Source: Octopus sinensis (Eukaryota). Taken from it: a DNA stretch of 26,370 bases. The position numbers were made by a program, and so were the translations under genes. This document shows, piece by piece, positions 1 through 10,165 of the stretch (positions within the stretch are counted from its first letter, which is position 1; each line of letters starts with the position of its first letter). The DNA lies in the NCBI RefSeq assembly GCF_006345805.1, contig NW_021835641.1:1-26370 (forward strand). Direction: 5' to 3'. The notes under the pieces were generated by a model. The model saw nothing but the letters and a program-made list of their open reading frames with translations. It made no database searches and was not told where the DNA came from.

Positions 1-56
1 AAGAGTAAAAGAGAGAGAGTAATAATATCTGACCAGCGAATCTTTTAGCTTTTATA

Positions 57-256
57 TATTTTACTTCTTTCAGTCATGAAACTGCGGCCATACTGGGGCA
101 CCGCCTTGAAGAAGTTTTAGTAGAATGAATCGACCCCGGGAATTATTTTCTTTTCTTAAGCCTGATATTTATTCTAACAGTGTCTTTTGCCGAACTTTTA
201 AGTTACGGGGACGCAAACACACCAACACCGGTTGTCAAGCGGTGGTGGGCAACATA
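57..256 (-). mobile_element. SINE family B, 3' half (host element, resumes at ~643-715 after a nested insertion)
   Basis: Matches the 3' half of the full copies at 9730-10139 and 15893-16346 (cagtcat..actgcggccat..ggggcaccgcctt; gacg.aaacacacc..cggttgtcaagc). Confidence 0.8.
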
Positions 257-640
257 GGAAGCACTCCGTCGGTTACGACGACGAGGGTTCCGGTTGATCC
301 GATCAACGGAACAGCCTGCTCGTGAAATTAACGTGTAAGTGGCTGAGCACTCCACAGACACGTGTACCCTTAACGTAGTTCTCGGGGATATTCAGCGTGA
401 CACAGAGAGTGACAAGGCCGGCCCCTTGAAATACAGGTACAACAGAAACAGGAAGTAAGAGTGAGGGAAAGTTGTGGTGAAAGAGTACAGCAGGGATCAC
501 CACCATCCCCTGTCGGAGCCTCGTGGAGCTTTTAGGTGTTTTCGCTCAATAAACACTCACAACGCCCGGTCTGGGAATCGAAACCGCGATCCTACGACAG
601 CGAGTCCGCTGCCCTAACCACTGGGCCATTGCGCCTCCAC
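257..640 (-). mobile_element. tRNA-derived SINE (head A + tail Y), full length, nested in SINE B
   Basis: Minus-strand head has A box TGGCCCAGTGG and B box GGTTTCGATTCC; near-identical copy at 18373-18752; GGTGGGCAACA at 244-254 and 643-653 is a likely target-site duplication. Confidence 0.9.
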
Positions 641-717
641 AAGGTGGGCAACAAATACAGACGCAAACACACACACATGCATACAAACACACATATGTAC
701 ATACATAGGAGGAGGAG

Positions 718-1052
718 ACCCCCTTCAGTCATGAATGACCATGGGATTGCACCGAGAAAGTTACCCTTCCAGGCACAAGTCCGGGCAAGGTTGTTTATGG
801 AAAGACAGCAGTCATCCATGCATACCAGGATCCCCTCTCCACATCCCTGATGTTATCCAAGGGAAAGGCAAAGGGGCCGATACAGCTTGGCACCTGTGAT
901 GTCGCAACTCATTTCTACAGCTGAGTGAACTGGAGCAACGCGAAATAAAGTGTCTTGCTCAAGAACACAACACGCAGCCCGGTCCGGGAATCGAACTCAC
1001 AATCTCATGATCGTAAGCTCGACGCTCTAACCACTGAACCATGCACCTTCAC
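718..1052 (-). mobile_element. tRNA-derived CORE-like SINE (head C + tail W)
   Basis: Minus strand: TGGTTCAGTGG A box, AGTTCGATTCC B box, then TGTGTTCTTGAGCAAGACACTT..CAGCTGTAGAAATGAG resembling the CORE domain; the 3' tail differs from other copies in the window. Confidence 0.8.
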
Positions 1053-1053
1053 A

Positions 1054-1084
<31 letters not shown>

Positions 1085-1193
1085 GCTCACTTAGCCACGG
1101 GGTGGCGTCGTGGCGTCATTTGAAGGCTAAAATAATGTGAAGCGCATTGTGACCAGCGATGTGTAGCAATATCAGATAGCCTGGCCGGTCACG

Positions 1194-1235
<42 letters not shown>

Positions 1236-1438
1236 TATATGTATGTATGTATGTATGTATATAACTTACTTAGAAAAGGATGCGTGGCGTTCGATCATAT
1301 AATAATATAAATAATAATTAAATATATGCATACATACATACATATATGTACATACTTACATATATATGTATATATACATGCATATATGGGTACAGGACAT
1401 ACAAAAAAACGTGGAACACAATGAGAAACGAAACGATA

Positions 1439-1598
1439 AGCTTCTTTCAGTTTCCATCTACCAAATCCTTTCACAAAGCTTTGATTGCCCCGAGGCTACA
1501 GTAGAAGGCACTTGCCCAAGGTGCCACGCAATAGGACTGAACCCGGAACCATGTGGTTGAGAAGCAAGCTTCTTAACCACACCGCCACGCCTGCGCCT
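1439..1598 (-). mobile_element. SINE family B, 5' head segment
   Basis: Matches cttctttcagtttc..gccacgcctgcgc of the full copies. Confidence 0.85.
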
Positions 1599-2139
1599 AT
1601 TCTTTGTTAATGCGAACAAAAATAATAATCATAATTTTTGACATTACATATCGAAAGACCAGCGAACAAACGATTGACAATCCAATGCAATAACGTTTTA
1701 ACTACATCAAATAGTCGAATGTCAAAGCCCATATTTAACCGCTTTTTTATTGGCTTTTTTTTTTCTAATTTGTTATTTATTCAGCATATAAATATAAAAT
1801 AATTTTATTTATCGATTACTTGGAAGCTGATAAAACGGTGAACTAATGACTGTAATCGATGTAATTTCATCTTAAAATCAAATTTATAACACACCCTGTA
1901 ATATTGTATTGGACTTATTACAACCATTGGATTGTTCACACTGGTGCGTAACTGCTTCATTATACATACATAACTACATACATACATAAGTACGTACGTA
2001 CATATGTCTGTGTGAGTGTGTGTGTGTGTGTGTTGTTTATGTGTGTTTCGTTGAACAAACAGGAGAAATAGAACTCGTACATGTGTGTACGTATATATAA
2101 TTTTTTAACTATAAGTAAAATGCAAGCATACAAAAAAAT

Positions 2140-2329
2140 GTGGAGGCGCGTGGCTTAGTGGTTAGGGTGTCAGCATCATGATCGTAAGATTGTGGTTTCG
2201 ATTCCTGGACCGGGGTGACGCGTTGTGTTTTTGAGCCAAACACTTCATTTCACGTTGCTCCAATCCACTCAGCTGGCAAAAATGAGTAACGCGGCGATGG
2301 ACTGGCGTCCCATCCAGCTGGGGAACATA
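2140..2329 (+). mobile_element. CORE-like SINE (head C + tail Z), 3'-truncated; same family as the array unit
   Basis: GTGGAGGCGCGTGGCTTAGTGGTTAGGGTGTCAGCA..GGTTTCGATTCC; reverse complement aligns with the 249 bp array unit. Confidence 0.9.
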
Positions 2330-2438
2330 GGCAAAGTCGTCGACCTCGGCGGAATTTGAACTCAGAACGTAGCGGCAGACGAAATACCGATAAGCATTTC
2401 GCCCGGCGCGCTAACGTTTCTGTCAGCTCGCCGCCTTA
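2330..2438 (-). mobile_element. SINE family D, 5' half
   Basis: ggcaaagtcg..cctcggcggaatttgaactcagaacg..gctcgccgcctta, shared with copies at 7870, 8351, 19347, 20107, 25051 and 25161. Confidence 0.85.
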
Positions 2439-2529
2439 GAATTAGTGAACAATTGCGAAATTAACGAAGACAGAATTAAACTTACAAGCATCGAATGACA
2501 AAGACGGCAAATTTATAAACATAAATGGA

Positions 2530-2905
2530 GTGTTATCAGCTCATTTCAGGGAATATTTGTAGATCAGGAAATCCCAAAACACAAAAGGCAACATACCCTC
2601 TACCTTCTGAACGAGCAGAAAAAAAGCCTTTCAATTTGTTTGTGAGCGACATCTAACTGAAGTGTTCTTCAAGATCTCTACTGCACTGAAGCTGTACTCA
2701 ACAATGCCTAACACGTGCTGTGAAGCAGAAAGGTATTTCTTAAAGCTATCCTTTATAAAGAACAAATTTCGGTCTAGCATGACTGAAGAGCGCTTAAATT
2801 CTTTATACACCATATTGTCTCCAGAAAATGACTTTACAAGGAAGCTCTCGAACGACTAAACTGTACGTGAATATATGAGGAAAAGAAATAAGAAAAAGAA
2901 GAATG
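2530..2905 (+). pseudogene. Decayed hAT-superfamily transposase, C-terminal dimerization region
   Basis: Translation AFQFVCERHLTEVFFKISTALKLYSTMPNTCCEAERYFLKLSFIKNKFRSSMTEERLNSL matches the hAT dimerization motif (P-x-T/S-x-C-E-A-E-R-S-F-S-x-L-x-x-I-K-x-x-x-R-S-x-M-x-x-E-R-L); in-frame stops at 2608 and 2857. Confidence 0.85.
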
Positions 2906-3317
2906 GGGGATGTTTTGTAATAGGTGCTTGACGTAGTCTGTATTCTGTTAAGTTGATGTAGTTTGTATTCTAAAATGAGATTACATTAACAGCGATCTTT
3001 CCAATGTTTTATTTATCTCTTCATTCTATGATGCAATACTCATGTATAGAATGTGTCCCTGGTTTTCATCCCACGCACTAGAAAACTTGAAATATGGAAA
3101 ATGGATGGGTTTTTTTTTTCTCCAGACCTGTGACGTTTATAATCCACTAAAAGCAATTTTAATCAGAATATGAGAGGTTGTGGTGGAATTCAGGAATTGC
3201 GGTGATTCATTCAAGAAAATAACTATGGTGACGCAAACCTCGTTGTAGCTAACACAGGGACTCTCTGAAAGTGCTAAGCTTCAGACATCCTAAACTATAG
3301 ACCCATCACTATAAATG

Positions 3318-3372
<55 letters not shown>

Positions 3373-3373
3373 A

Positions 3374-3532
3374 CTTTATTAAAAGCAGCAGAAAATTCAA
3401 CAAAACCTGTTATTCTGAGTTTCACGTTTCCGTTCGTCGGACAGTTTTTTCTAGCAAAAACTGTCCGACGAACGGGAACGTGAAACTCAGAGTAACAGGT
3501 TTTGTTGAATTTTCTGCTGCTTTTAAATAAAG
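3374..3532. repeat. Palindrome, ~76 bp arms (3374-3449 / 3456-3532); probable inverted Penelope-like element terminus
   Basis: Arms are reverse complements with about 3 differences; flanked by (AT)n; each arm carries a hammerhead-like motif. Confidence 0.85.
3461..3498 (+). ncRNA. Type I hammerhead-like motif with U4C core variant (mirror copy on minus strand at 3407-3444)
   Basis: CUGU-CCGACGA-ACG(GGAA)CGU-GAA-AC(UCAGA)GU-A-ACAG: stem I CUGU/ACAG, GNRA-capped stem II, GUA cleavage triplet. Confidence 0.6.
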
Positions 3533-3623
3533 CATATTACTCTACCCATGGTATTTGAGTACTCTTTTTTCCACCTTGTTTCACATTTATGTGTTTACCC
3601 CGGTATATTATATATATATAATA

Positions 3624-3665
<42 letters not shown>

Positions 3666-3865
3666 TTTGAGCGTTATATATATATATATATTGAGCGTTA
3701 TATATATATATATATTTTTTTTTTTTTGAGCGTTAGACGATATACCAGAAAACCCTATTTTGTCGGGTACGTTCTGAGTCTGCGCAGTGATTTGAATAGT
3801 TTAGAAAGAGCAATTTAATAGACGCACGTGCCTCTATTAATGTGCGCTTCCCATAATAACAGGAA

Positions 3866-3938
3866 TCTTACTGAAGAGCCTACCTGAGTAAATAAATATT
3901 ATTTTTATTGCTGAAATAGGCGAAACTGCAGTCTAAGA
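3866..3938 (+). ncRNA. Canonical type I hammerhead ribozyme
   Basis: UCUUA-CUGAAGA(3871-3877)-GCCUA..UAGGC-GAA-AC(UGCA)GU-C-UAAGA; complete core, G10.1-C11.1 pair, palindromic stem III ACUGCAGU, GUC triplet with predicted cleavage after 3933. Confidence 0.85.
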
Positions 3939-4104
3939 AGAACTAAGTTTGTAAAAGTTTTTAATTTCATCTCATTAAATTTATCCAGCTTTTGTGTATC
4001 TAGTACACACTTCGCCTTTTATGTACTTTATATGAATAATATATGGCGTGTCCTAGAACACCGGCGATTATAATTAATTTTATTGTATCGCATTTGACTT
4101 TGTT

Positions 4105-4187
<83 letters not shown>

Positions 4188-4353
4188 ATAAAGTCGATAT
4201 TTAGAATACCGATCTTATCAGGTGGCCAGCATGGGAATAAAAACCTTTCAAAGGTAATAATTATTTAATTATAATTTAGGGTATCTAACAGATACCTCCA
4301 CGCTGGAAATAGGCGGTCTCAGGCGAGTTGGTATCAAAAGAGCTTATCTAATA

Positions 4354-4685
4354 AGTGACGGGGACTTAAACACACTAGTATCGGTTGTCAAGCGATTTTT
4401 TTTGGGGGGGGGACAAACACAGACACACAAACATATACATATACATACACATATATATACATATGTATATATATATATATATATATATACATACACACAT
4501 ATATATACATTATATATATATATACGACGGGCTTCTTTCAGTTTCTGTCTACCAAATCCACTCACAAGACTTTGGTCGGCCCGAGGCAATAGTAGAAGAC
4601 ACTTGCCCAAGGTTCCACGCAGTGGGACTGAACCCGGAACCATGTGGGTGGTAAGCAAGCTACTTACCACACAGCCATTTCTGCG
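4354..4685 (-). mobile_element. SINE family B, 3'-truncated, with internal microsatellite
   Basis: Collinear with 9730-10139 from aagtgacggg to acagcca. Confidence 0.85.
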
Positions 4686-4709
4686 ATGTAACGGTTAAGT
4701 TTTTTAAAA

Positions 4710-5362
4710 AATTGATGATACGTTCTAGAAGATAACTGTAGCTACGCAGGCCTCGTTGCTACTTAAGAAAGCGCTCTCTGAAAGAGTCATACTTCAGAGC
4801 CCATCAAATGTGGACCCATCTGGTCATTTACGATAGAGAAGCTAAAAGATGCCACATCAATACAGTGGTTCTAGTTATTACTGAGCACCAGATCTCAGCC
4901 ACTGCAGCTTTTCAGCAATTCTGGGGAACGGTGAGGTGTGTTTAGAACAACAGAAAGCAGAATGCATAGAGTGTACTATCATACCGATCGCATAAGAAGC
5001 TCAAGGAAAGAACATCGAATAAGAGACGGACCATAGAACGTTACTGGTAAAGTGAAGCTGCAAACCTGGAAAGAACAAAAAAGACAGGAATCTGAAGATG
5101 CAAGAGAAATGATGCAAAGATGCCATACTGCATTGCCAGGAAGCTGATGGGATGAAGAATGAAGCAGCTGTGTATTGCTACTCAAGTAACAACAATCTGG
5201 CGAAACCCTGTTAACACTAAAAAACAAAAAGAACAAAGTGCCAGATGGTTGGAGTACTTCCAAGAGACGCTAAACCAGCCACATCCTATCGCCCTCTTTG
5301 ATATCAAATCAAGGCCCCCATCTGAAGTTTTTCATGTAAGAAGTGATGAGATCACAGAGAAG
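4710..5362 (+). pseudogene. Degenerate non-LTR retrotransposon (RTE-like) ORF2 fragment, endonuclease-to-RT linker
   Basis: Translated segments FTIEKLKD, RRTIERYW and EQSARWLEYFQETLNQPHP..SDEITEKEI resemble the LINE ORF2 linker (RWxEHFxxLLN..PTxxEI); multiple stops and frameshifts; truncated by a (CA)n tract. A related, more decayed piece lies at ~3210-3305. Confidence 0.75.
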
Positions 5363-5623
5363 GAAATACTACACGCACATACACACAAACACACACAGAC
5401 ACAGACGAACACACGCACACACACACACACACACAAATACACACATATACACACACATATACAAACATACAGATCATCAGACACTGACGCAAAAACATAC
5501 GCACACACGTATGTGTATGCCTGGGTGTGCTTATATATGCATGAAAAGTACAAATATAGTCTCACCTGTATGTATGCATATATATGTAGACATATGTGTA
5601 TGTGTATGAATATGCGTGTGTGT

Positions 5624-5908
5624 GTAGGCACATGGCCTAGATCAGCGGAATCGCGGTCGAGGTATCGCGGGTTCGAATCTCAGACCGGGCGATGTGTATG
5701 TTTATGAGCGAAACACCTAAGCTCCACGCGGCTCCGGCAGAAGGTAATGGCGAACTTCTGCTGACTCTTTTGCCACAACTTTCTCTCACTCTTTCCTCCT
5801 GCATCCTGCAGCTCACCTGCGACGAACCGGCGTCCCGTCCAGGTGGGGAACCTATACGCCAAGGAAACCGTCCCTTATGAGCCAGGAGTGGCACGAGAAG
5901 GAACAAAC
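5624..5908 (+). mobile_element. SINE (head A + tail Z)
   Basis: Head and body match 257-640 (tttatgagcgaaacacctaagctccacg); the 3' end matches the array tail (ggcgtcccgtcca..tatacgcca.ggaaaccg). Confidence 0.8.
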
Positions 5909-5982
5909 ATATGTGTGTGTGTATGTGTGTGTGTGTGTGTTGTATGCATATATATATACCCATACAAAGCATATATATGCAT

Positions 5983-6303
5983 GTGAAGTCACGTGGCTTA
6001 GTGTTTACAGTATTCAGCTAACTATCGTTAGGTCGTGAGTTCGATTCCCGGCCTCGCGTTTTGTCCTTGAACAAGACACTTCCTTTCACGTTACTCCAGT
6101 TCATTCACCTGGAAAAATGAGTTGGACCTGTGTTTCAAAGGGCCGGCCTTATCTCATTCTGTGTCACACTGAATCTCTCTAGGAATTTAATTAAGGATAC
6201 GCATGTCTGCGGAGCACTCAGCCCCTTGCACCTTCATTTCGCAAGCAGGCGCTTTCGTCGATCGGATCAACTGGAACCCTCATCAGCATAAGTGATGGAG
6301 TTC
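5983..6303 (+). mobile_element. CORE-like SINE (head C + tail Y), diverged
   Basis: GTGGCTTAGTG..GAGTTCGATTCC + ttgaacaagacactt CORE-like part, followed by the tail of 257-450 (tcaaagggccggcctt..gatcggatcaactggaaccctc). Confidence 0.8.
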
Positions 6304-6408
6304 TAGTATATGTATGTGTATGTGTGTGGTTGGGAAGCTAGCTTCTTACCACGCAGCCACGCCTGCATATATATATGAAAATAAGCAACAGGGATATCCA
6401 GAGGTAAT

Positions 6409-6493
6409 GTAGTACGATCGTTTCATGCAACTCCATTTAATTGAACAATGCAATCATTACATCAATTTAAAATGCAGAGCAATCCTCAGCTGT
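6409..6493 (-). ncRNA. Type I hammerhead-like motif, partly decayed
   Basis: Minus strand: AG-CUGAGGA-UUGC..GCAU-GAA-AC(GAUC)GU-A-CUAC; intact core and palindromic stem III ACGAUCGU, weakened stems I and II; abuts (AT)n. Confidence 0.6.
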
Positions 6494-7083
6494 ATATATA
6501 TATATATATACTAAATCAACATTTATTTATACGTACTAAAAATTAACTAGAATAACCTGCTAGAAAAAAAATGCATTTGTCCGAAATGTTTATTTTTCTT
6601 TTTCCTATTTGAAAAGGGGAAACTTTCCCGAAATCTTACAGAATCACCAAACAATCTGCAAAATGGGTAATACAATGTCGTTTTGCTTTCATTTATTGAC
6701 ATCACCTTGCATATTTTGACTAATTTCTCTCCGGCATTGCTCAAAGGTCTATTTTGATTTTTTAAGAATTATATAATTTACAATTAATAAACATTGTATA
6801 TATATATATATATGTGCGTGTGTGTGTATATATATGTATATTTGTATGTATGCATGTATGAATGTGATATGTATGTATGCATGTATGTCATTCTTCAGTT
6901 TTATTCCAGGATTTCTTGCCAATAGAGAAAGAGCCGGTTTCTAGATCCAAGGCTCGTGTTTACAAACATAAGAAAAATACATATCATGCTCAGTTAAACG
7001 GTTTCTAAGGTAACGTATTCAGAAGGTTATCGTTTCAGAATTTGATACATAGGAACAGCTTGGAAGCATTTCGCATTTGCGTG

Positions 7084-7121
<38 letters not shown>

Positions 7122-7153
7122 TGTGCATATTTCGTCACGCGAAAGCATATACC

Positions 7154-7188
<35 letters not shown>

Positions 7189-7490
7189 TATATATATATT
7201 ATATATATAATATACATGTATGTATGTAAGTATATGCATATGTATGTATGTATGTATGCATGTATGCATGTATAGGCGTGTGTGAGTTTGAGAATGTGTG
7301 TATATGTGCACGCGCGCATGTTTGTGTATTCTGTGCCAATATGCTGACACATTTAACTTCTAGGTAACTCAGCCATTTCTTAAATGGAAACTGGAATATG
7401 TAGTGAGATCGATATGATCGATCGAACCTTCGGAAACTGTGCAGTAGCATCACCGCCATCCCCGTACTGAAATCAGTAAAAAAGGAAACG

Positions 7491-7648
7491 GTAGGAGTGG
7501 CTGTGTGGTAAGTAGCTTGCTTACCAACCACATGGTTCTGGGTTCAGTCCCACTGCGTGGCACCTTGGACAAGTGTCTTCTACTATAGCCTCGGGCCGAC
7601 CAAAGCCTTGTGAGTGGATTTGGTAGATGGAAACTGAAAGAAGCCCGT
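7491..7648 (+). mobile_element. SINE family B, 5' head segment
   Basis: ggagtggctgtgtggtaagtagcttgc..gaaagaagcccgt, nearly identical to the heads of the full copies. Confidence 0.9.
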
Positions 7649-7649
7649 T

Positions 7650-7806
7650 ACCCAACACCCATCACCACTGATACAGTCACTATCACCACTGACCACCACC
7701 ACTACTTCTGTCACCATTACGACTACCATCGCCACCACCACCACCACCACCACCGCCACCACCATCGCTACCACAACCACAACCATTTTTGCCACTACTA
7801 CTACTA
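7650..7806. repeat. Imperfect (CAC)n/(TAC)n trinucleotide repeat
   Basis: Direct reading of the sequence. Confidence 0.9.
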
Positions 7807-7869
7807 AGAGAATAATAGAAAAGTATGGTTGCAAAATCTGAACTTACACTAGCAGATTTAAAAAACATG

Positions 7870-8079
7870 ACCCCTTTCTACTATAGGCACAAGGCCTGAA
7901 ATCCTGCGGGAGTGGGGTCAGTCAATTTGGTCCACCTCAGTACGCAACTGGTACTGAAATTAATCGACTACTCCGAACGGATGAAAAGCAAAGTCGACCT
8001 CGGTGGAATTTGAACATAAAGTCAGACGAAATGCCGCTAAGCATTTTGTCCGACGTGCTAACGATTCTGCCAGCTTGAC

Positions 8080-8081
<2 letters not shown>
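7870..8081 (-). mobile_element. SINE family D
   Basis: ctttctactataggcacaaggcctgaaat..aaagtcgacctcggtggaatttgaac..ctgccagct. Confidence 0.85.
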
Positions 8082-8141
<60 letters not shown>

Positions 8142-8350
8142 GTCTTTCATTGGCCAAAATGGCTGACAAAAATTAATTATAACACAAAAGGGACAAAACA
8201 GGACGAAAGGTTACAAAGGGTTTTGTCCGTTTGTAAAATCCGCGTAAAAAATCAGTTCAACAACGAAATACTCCCACTAGGGGGAGGCGATATGAAAGGT
8301 TCCTGGTGGAAAACCCCATAAAAGCCAACGGGAGCCTGGTCAAAAGGGGG
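8081..8350 (-). mobile_element. (AAT)n tract plus probable 3' end of a non-LTR retrotransposon
   Basis: Unique ~210 bp block that on the minus strand ends ..ggccaatgaaagactt(tat)n; wedged between two SINE D copies. Family not identified. Confidence 0.4.
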
Positions 8351-8565
8351 GTAATAATCCTTTCTTCGAAACGCAAGGCCACAAATTTGGGAGAATGGTT
8401 TAAGTCGATTACATCGACCCCAGTGCGTTACTGGTACTTATTTAATCGACCCTCGAAAGGATGAAAAACAAAGTTGACCTAGGTGGAATTTGAACTCAGA
8501 ACATAAAGACAGACGAAATGCCGCTAGGCATTTTGTCCGGCGTGCCAACGATTCTGCCAGCTCGT
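8351..8565 (-). mobile_element. SINE family D
   Basis: Collinear with 25161-25389 and with the reverse complement of 19347-19560. Confidence 0.85.
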
Positions 8566-8964
8566 CTAAAAAAAACAAAAACATGCATGAAATCAAAAAT
8601 TGCCATGCAAAATGCAAGCGAAGCGTAACGCTTCTAAGCCGAAAGGCGTAACGCTTCTAAGCAGTAAAAACCATGGAAATTATGGAGAAACGCTGGATTT
8701 GACGTTTCAGTGGATTTCACGCCACAGACTCATTTTGCCCTCTCTCTCCAAAAGCATTATCCGGTAAAAGGCGTTGAAGTTTGGTTTATTAATTGAAACA
8801 AGAAACTGAAGAAGTCACTCAAATATTTGTTGCTTCGTGTGTTTGTTGTTCGAAGAGTGTAAGAGACAATCTATTGATCTAATCTCCATAGTGTTCGAGT
8901 AACAGGTGAATTGGCAAGTGCTGTTCCTCAGACTGCATCGGAATTTTGTTTCATCCATGAGTAT

Positions 8965-8966
8965 TA

Positions 8967-9001
<35 letters not shown>

Positions 9002-9150
9002 TTATCTATCTATATATATATATATAGATAGATAGATAGATAGGTAGATAGATATTTATATATGTATATGTACATGTATACACACACACACAGACACAGA
9101 CACACCACACACACACACACACACGCACACACGCACACACACACACACAC

Positions 9151-9233
<83 letters not shown>

Positions 9234-9245
9234 GTATGTATGTAT
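8965..9245. repeat. Compound microsatellite (TCTA)n/(AT)n/(CA)n
   Basis: Direct reading of the sequence. Confidence 0.95.
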
Positions 9246-9296
9246 CATCTCATAGTTTTGCCATTAAACGCTTGCTTACCATTCTGATACCCTTAG

Positions 9297-9480
9297 AGAA
9301 GTGGTACTCAACCATTTCTTTCTGGGGGTTTTTTTGCCTATAGACCCCTTCGATTCCTATTCGATTTGACTTCACTGAACCCCTATAATCATTCGATGAT
9401 TTTAAAAAATCCCTATTGTATTTTTGCTGTTAAATATTAGAAGGGATTGTATAAACGTTATTGTTAAAATATAGATTTTG
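9297..9480 (+). mobile_element. Possible hAT/Charlie-type MITE fragment
   Basis: Starts gaagtggtactcaacc, resembling the Charlie-type terminus CAGTGGTTCTCAA; a similar terminus cagtgtttctcaaa is at ~17802. No matching second TIR seen. Confidence 0.35.
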
Positions 9481-9487
9481 AATTTTA

Positions 9488-9657
9488 GCTCAAAGCCAGC
9501 AATTCCGAGGGAGAGGGTACGTCTATTACATCGACCCCAGCGACTTGAGATGAAGTGTTTTGTTCAAGAACACAACGGGCCGCCCAATTAGGAAATCGAA
9601 CCCAGGATCTGGCGATCGTGAAGGCAACAGTCTAACCACAAGGCCACGCGTCTTCAT
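9488..9657 (-). mobile_element. Fused fragments of a SINE D tail and a SINE C head
   Basis: attacatcgaccccag (D) joined to atgaagtgttttgttcaagaacacaacg..ctaaccacaaggccacgcg (C). Confidence 0.65.
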
Positions 9658-9729
9658 AAAGAAGAATTAGAAGTTCGAAATACGACGCCAAAATAATCAA
9701 CACGTGGTGCTTATTATATTCTTCATACA

Positions 9730-10139
9730 TTACTCTTTACTCTTTTACTTGTTTCAGTCATTTGACTGCGGCCATGCTGGAGCATCGCCTTTAGTCGAGC
9801 AAATCGACCCCAGGACTTCTTCTTTGTGTGCCCAGTACTTATTCTATCGGTCTCTTTTGCCGAACCGCTAAGTGACGGGGACGTAAACACACCAGCATCG
9901 GTTGTCAAGCAATGCTAGAGTGACAAACACAGACACACAAACATACACACACACATATATATATACATACATATATACGACGGGCTTCTTTCAGTTTCCG
10001 TCTACCAAATCCACTCACAAGGCTTTGGTTGGCCCGAGGCTATAGTAGAAGACACTTGCCCAAGGTGCCACGCAGTGGGAATGAACCCGGAACCATGTGG
10101 TTGGTTAGCAAGCTACTTACCACACAGCCACTCCTGCGC
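9730..10139 (-). mobile_element. SINE family B, full length
   Basis: tRNA-like head, internal (AT)/(GT) microsatellite, 3' part ending in an (AAGAGT)n tail; reverse complement of 15893-16346. Confidence 0.9.
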
Positions 10140-10165
10140 TTGTAAATATAAATAAATAAAATTGC

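Noticed and set aside
7583-7868. Poly-His, poly-Val and poly-Gly ORFs
   Set aside because: Translations of an imperfect (CAC)n tract directly following a SINE head; no splice or coding context.
8623-8662. 17 bp direct repeat GCGTAACGCTTCTAAGC x2
   Set aside because: A simple local tandem duplication; no further copies or context suggesting function.
8885-8935. Minus-strand CUGAGGA motif as a hammerhead
   Set aside because: Followed by GAAC rather than GAAA, out of register with the hairpin; similar isolated CTGANGA hits near 2782, 5093, 8807 and 19991 also lack the full fold.
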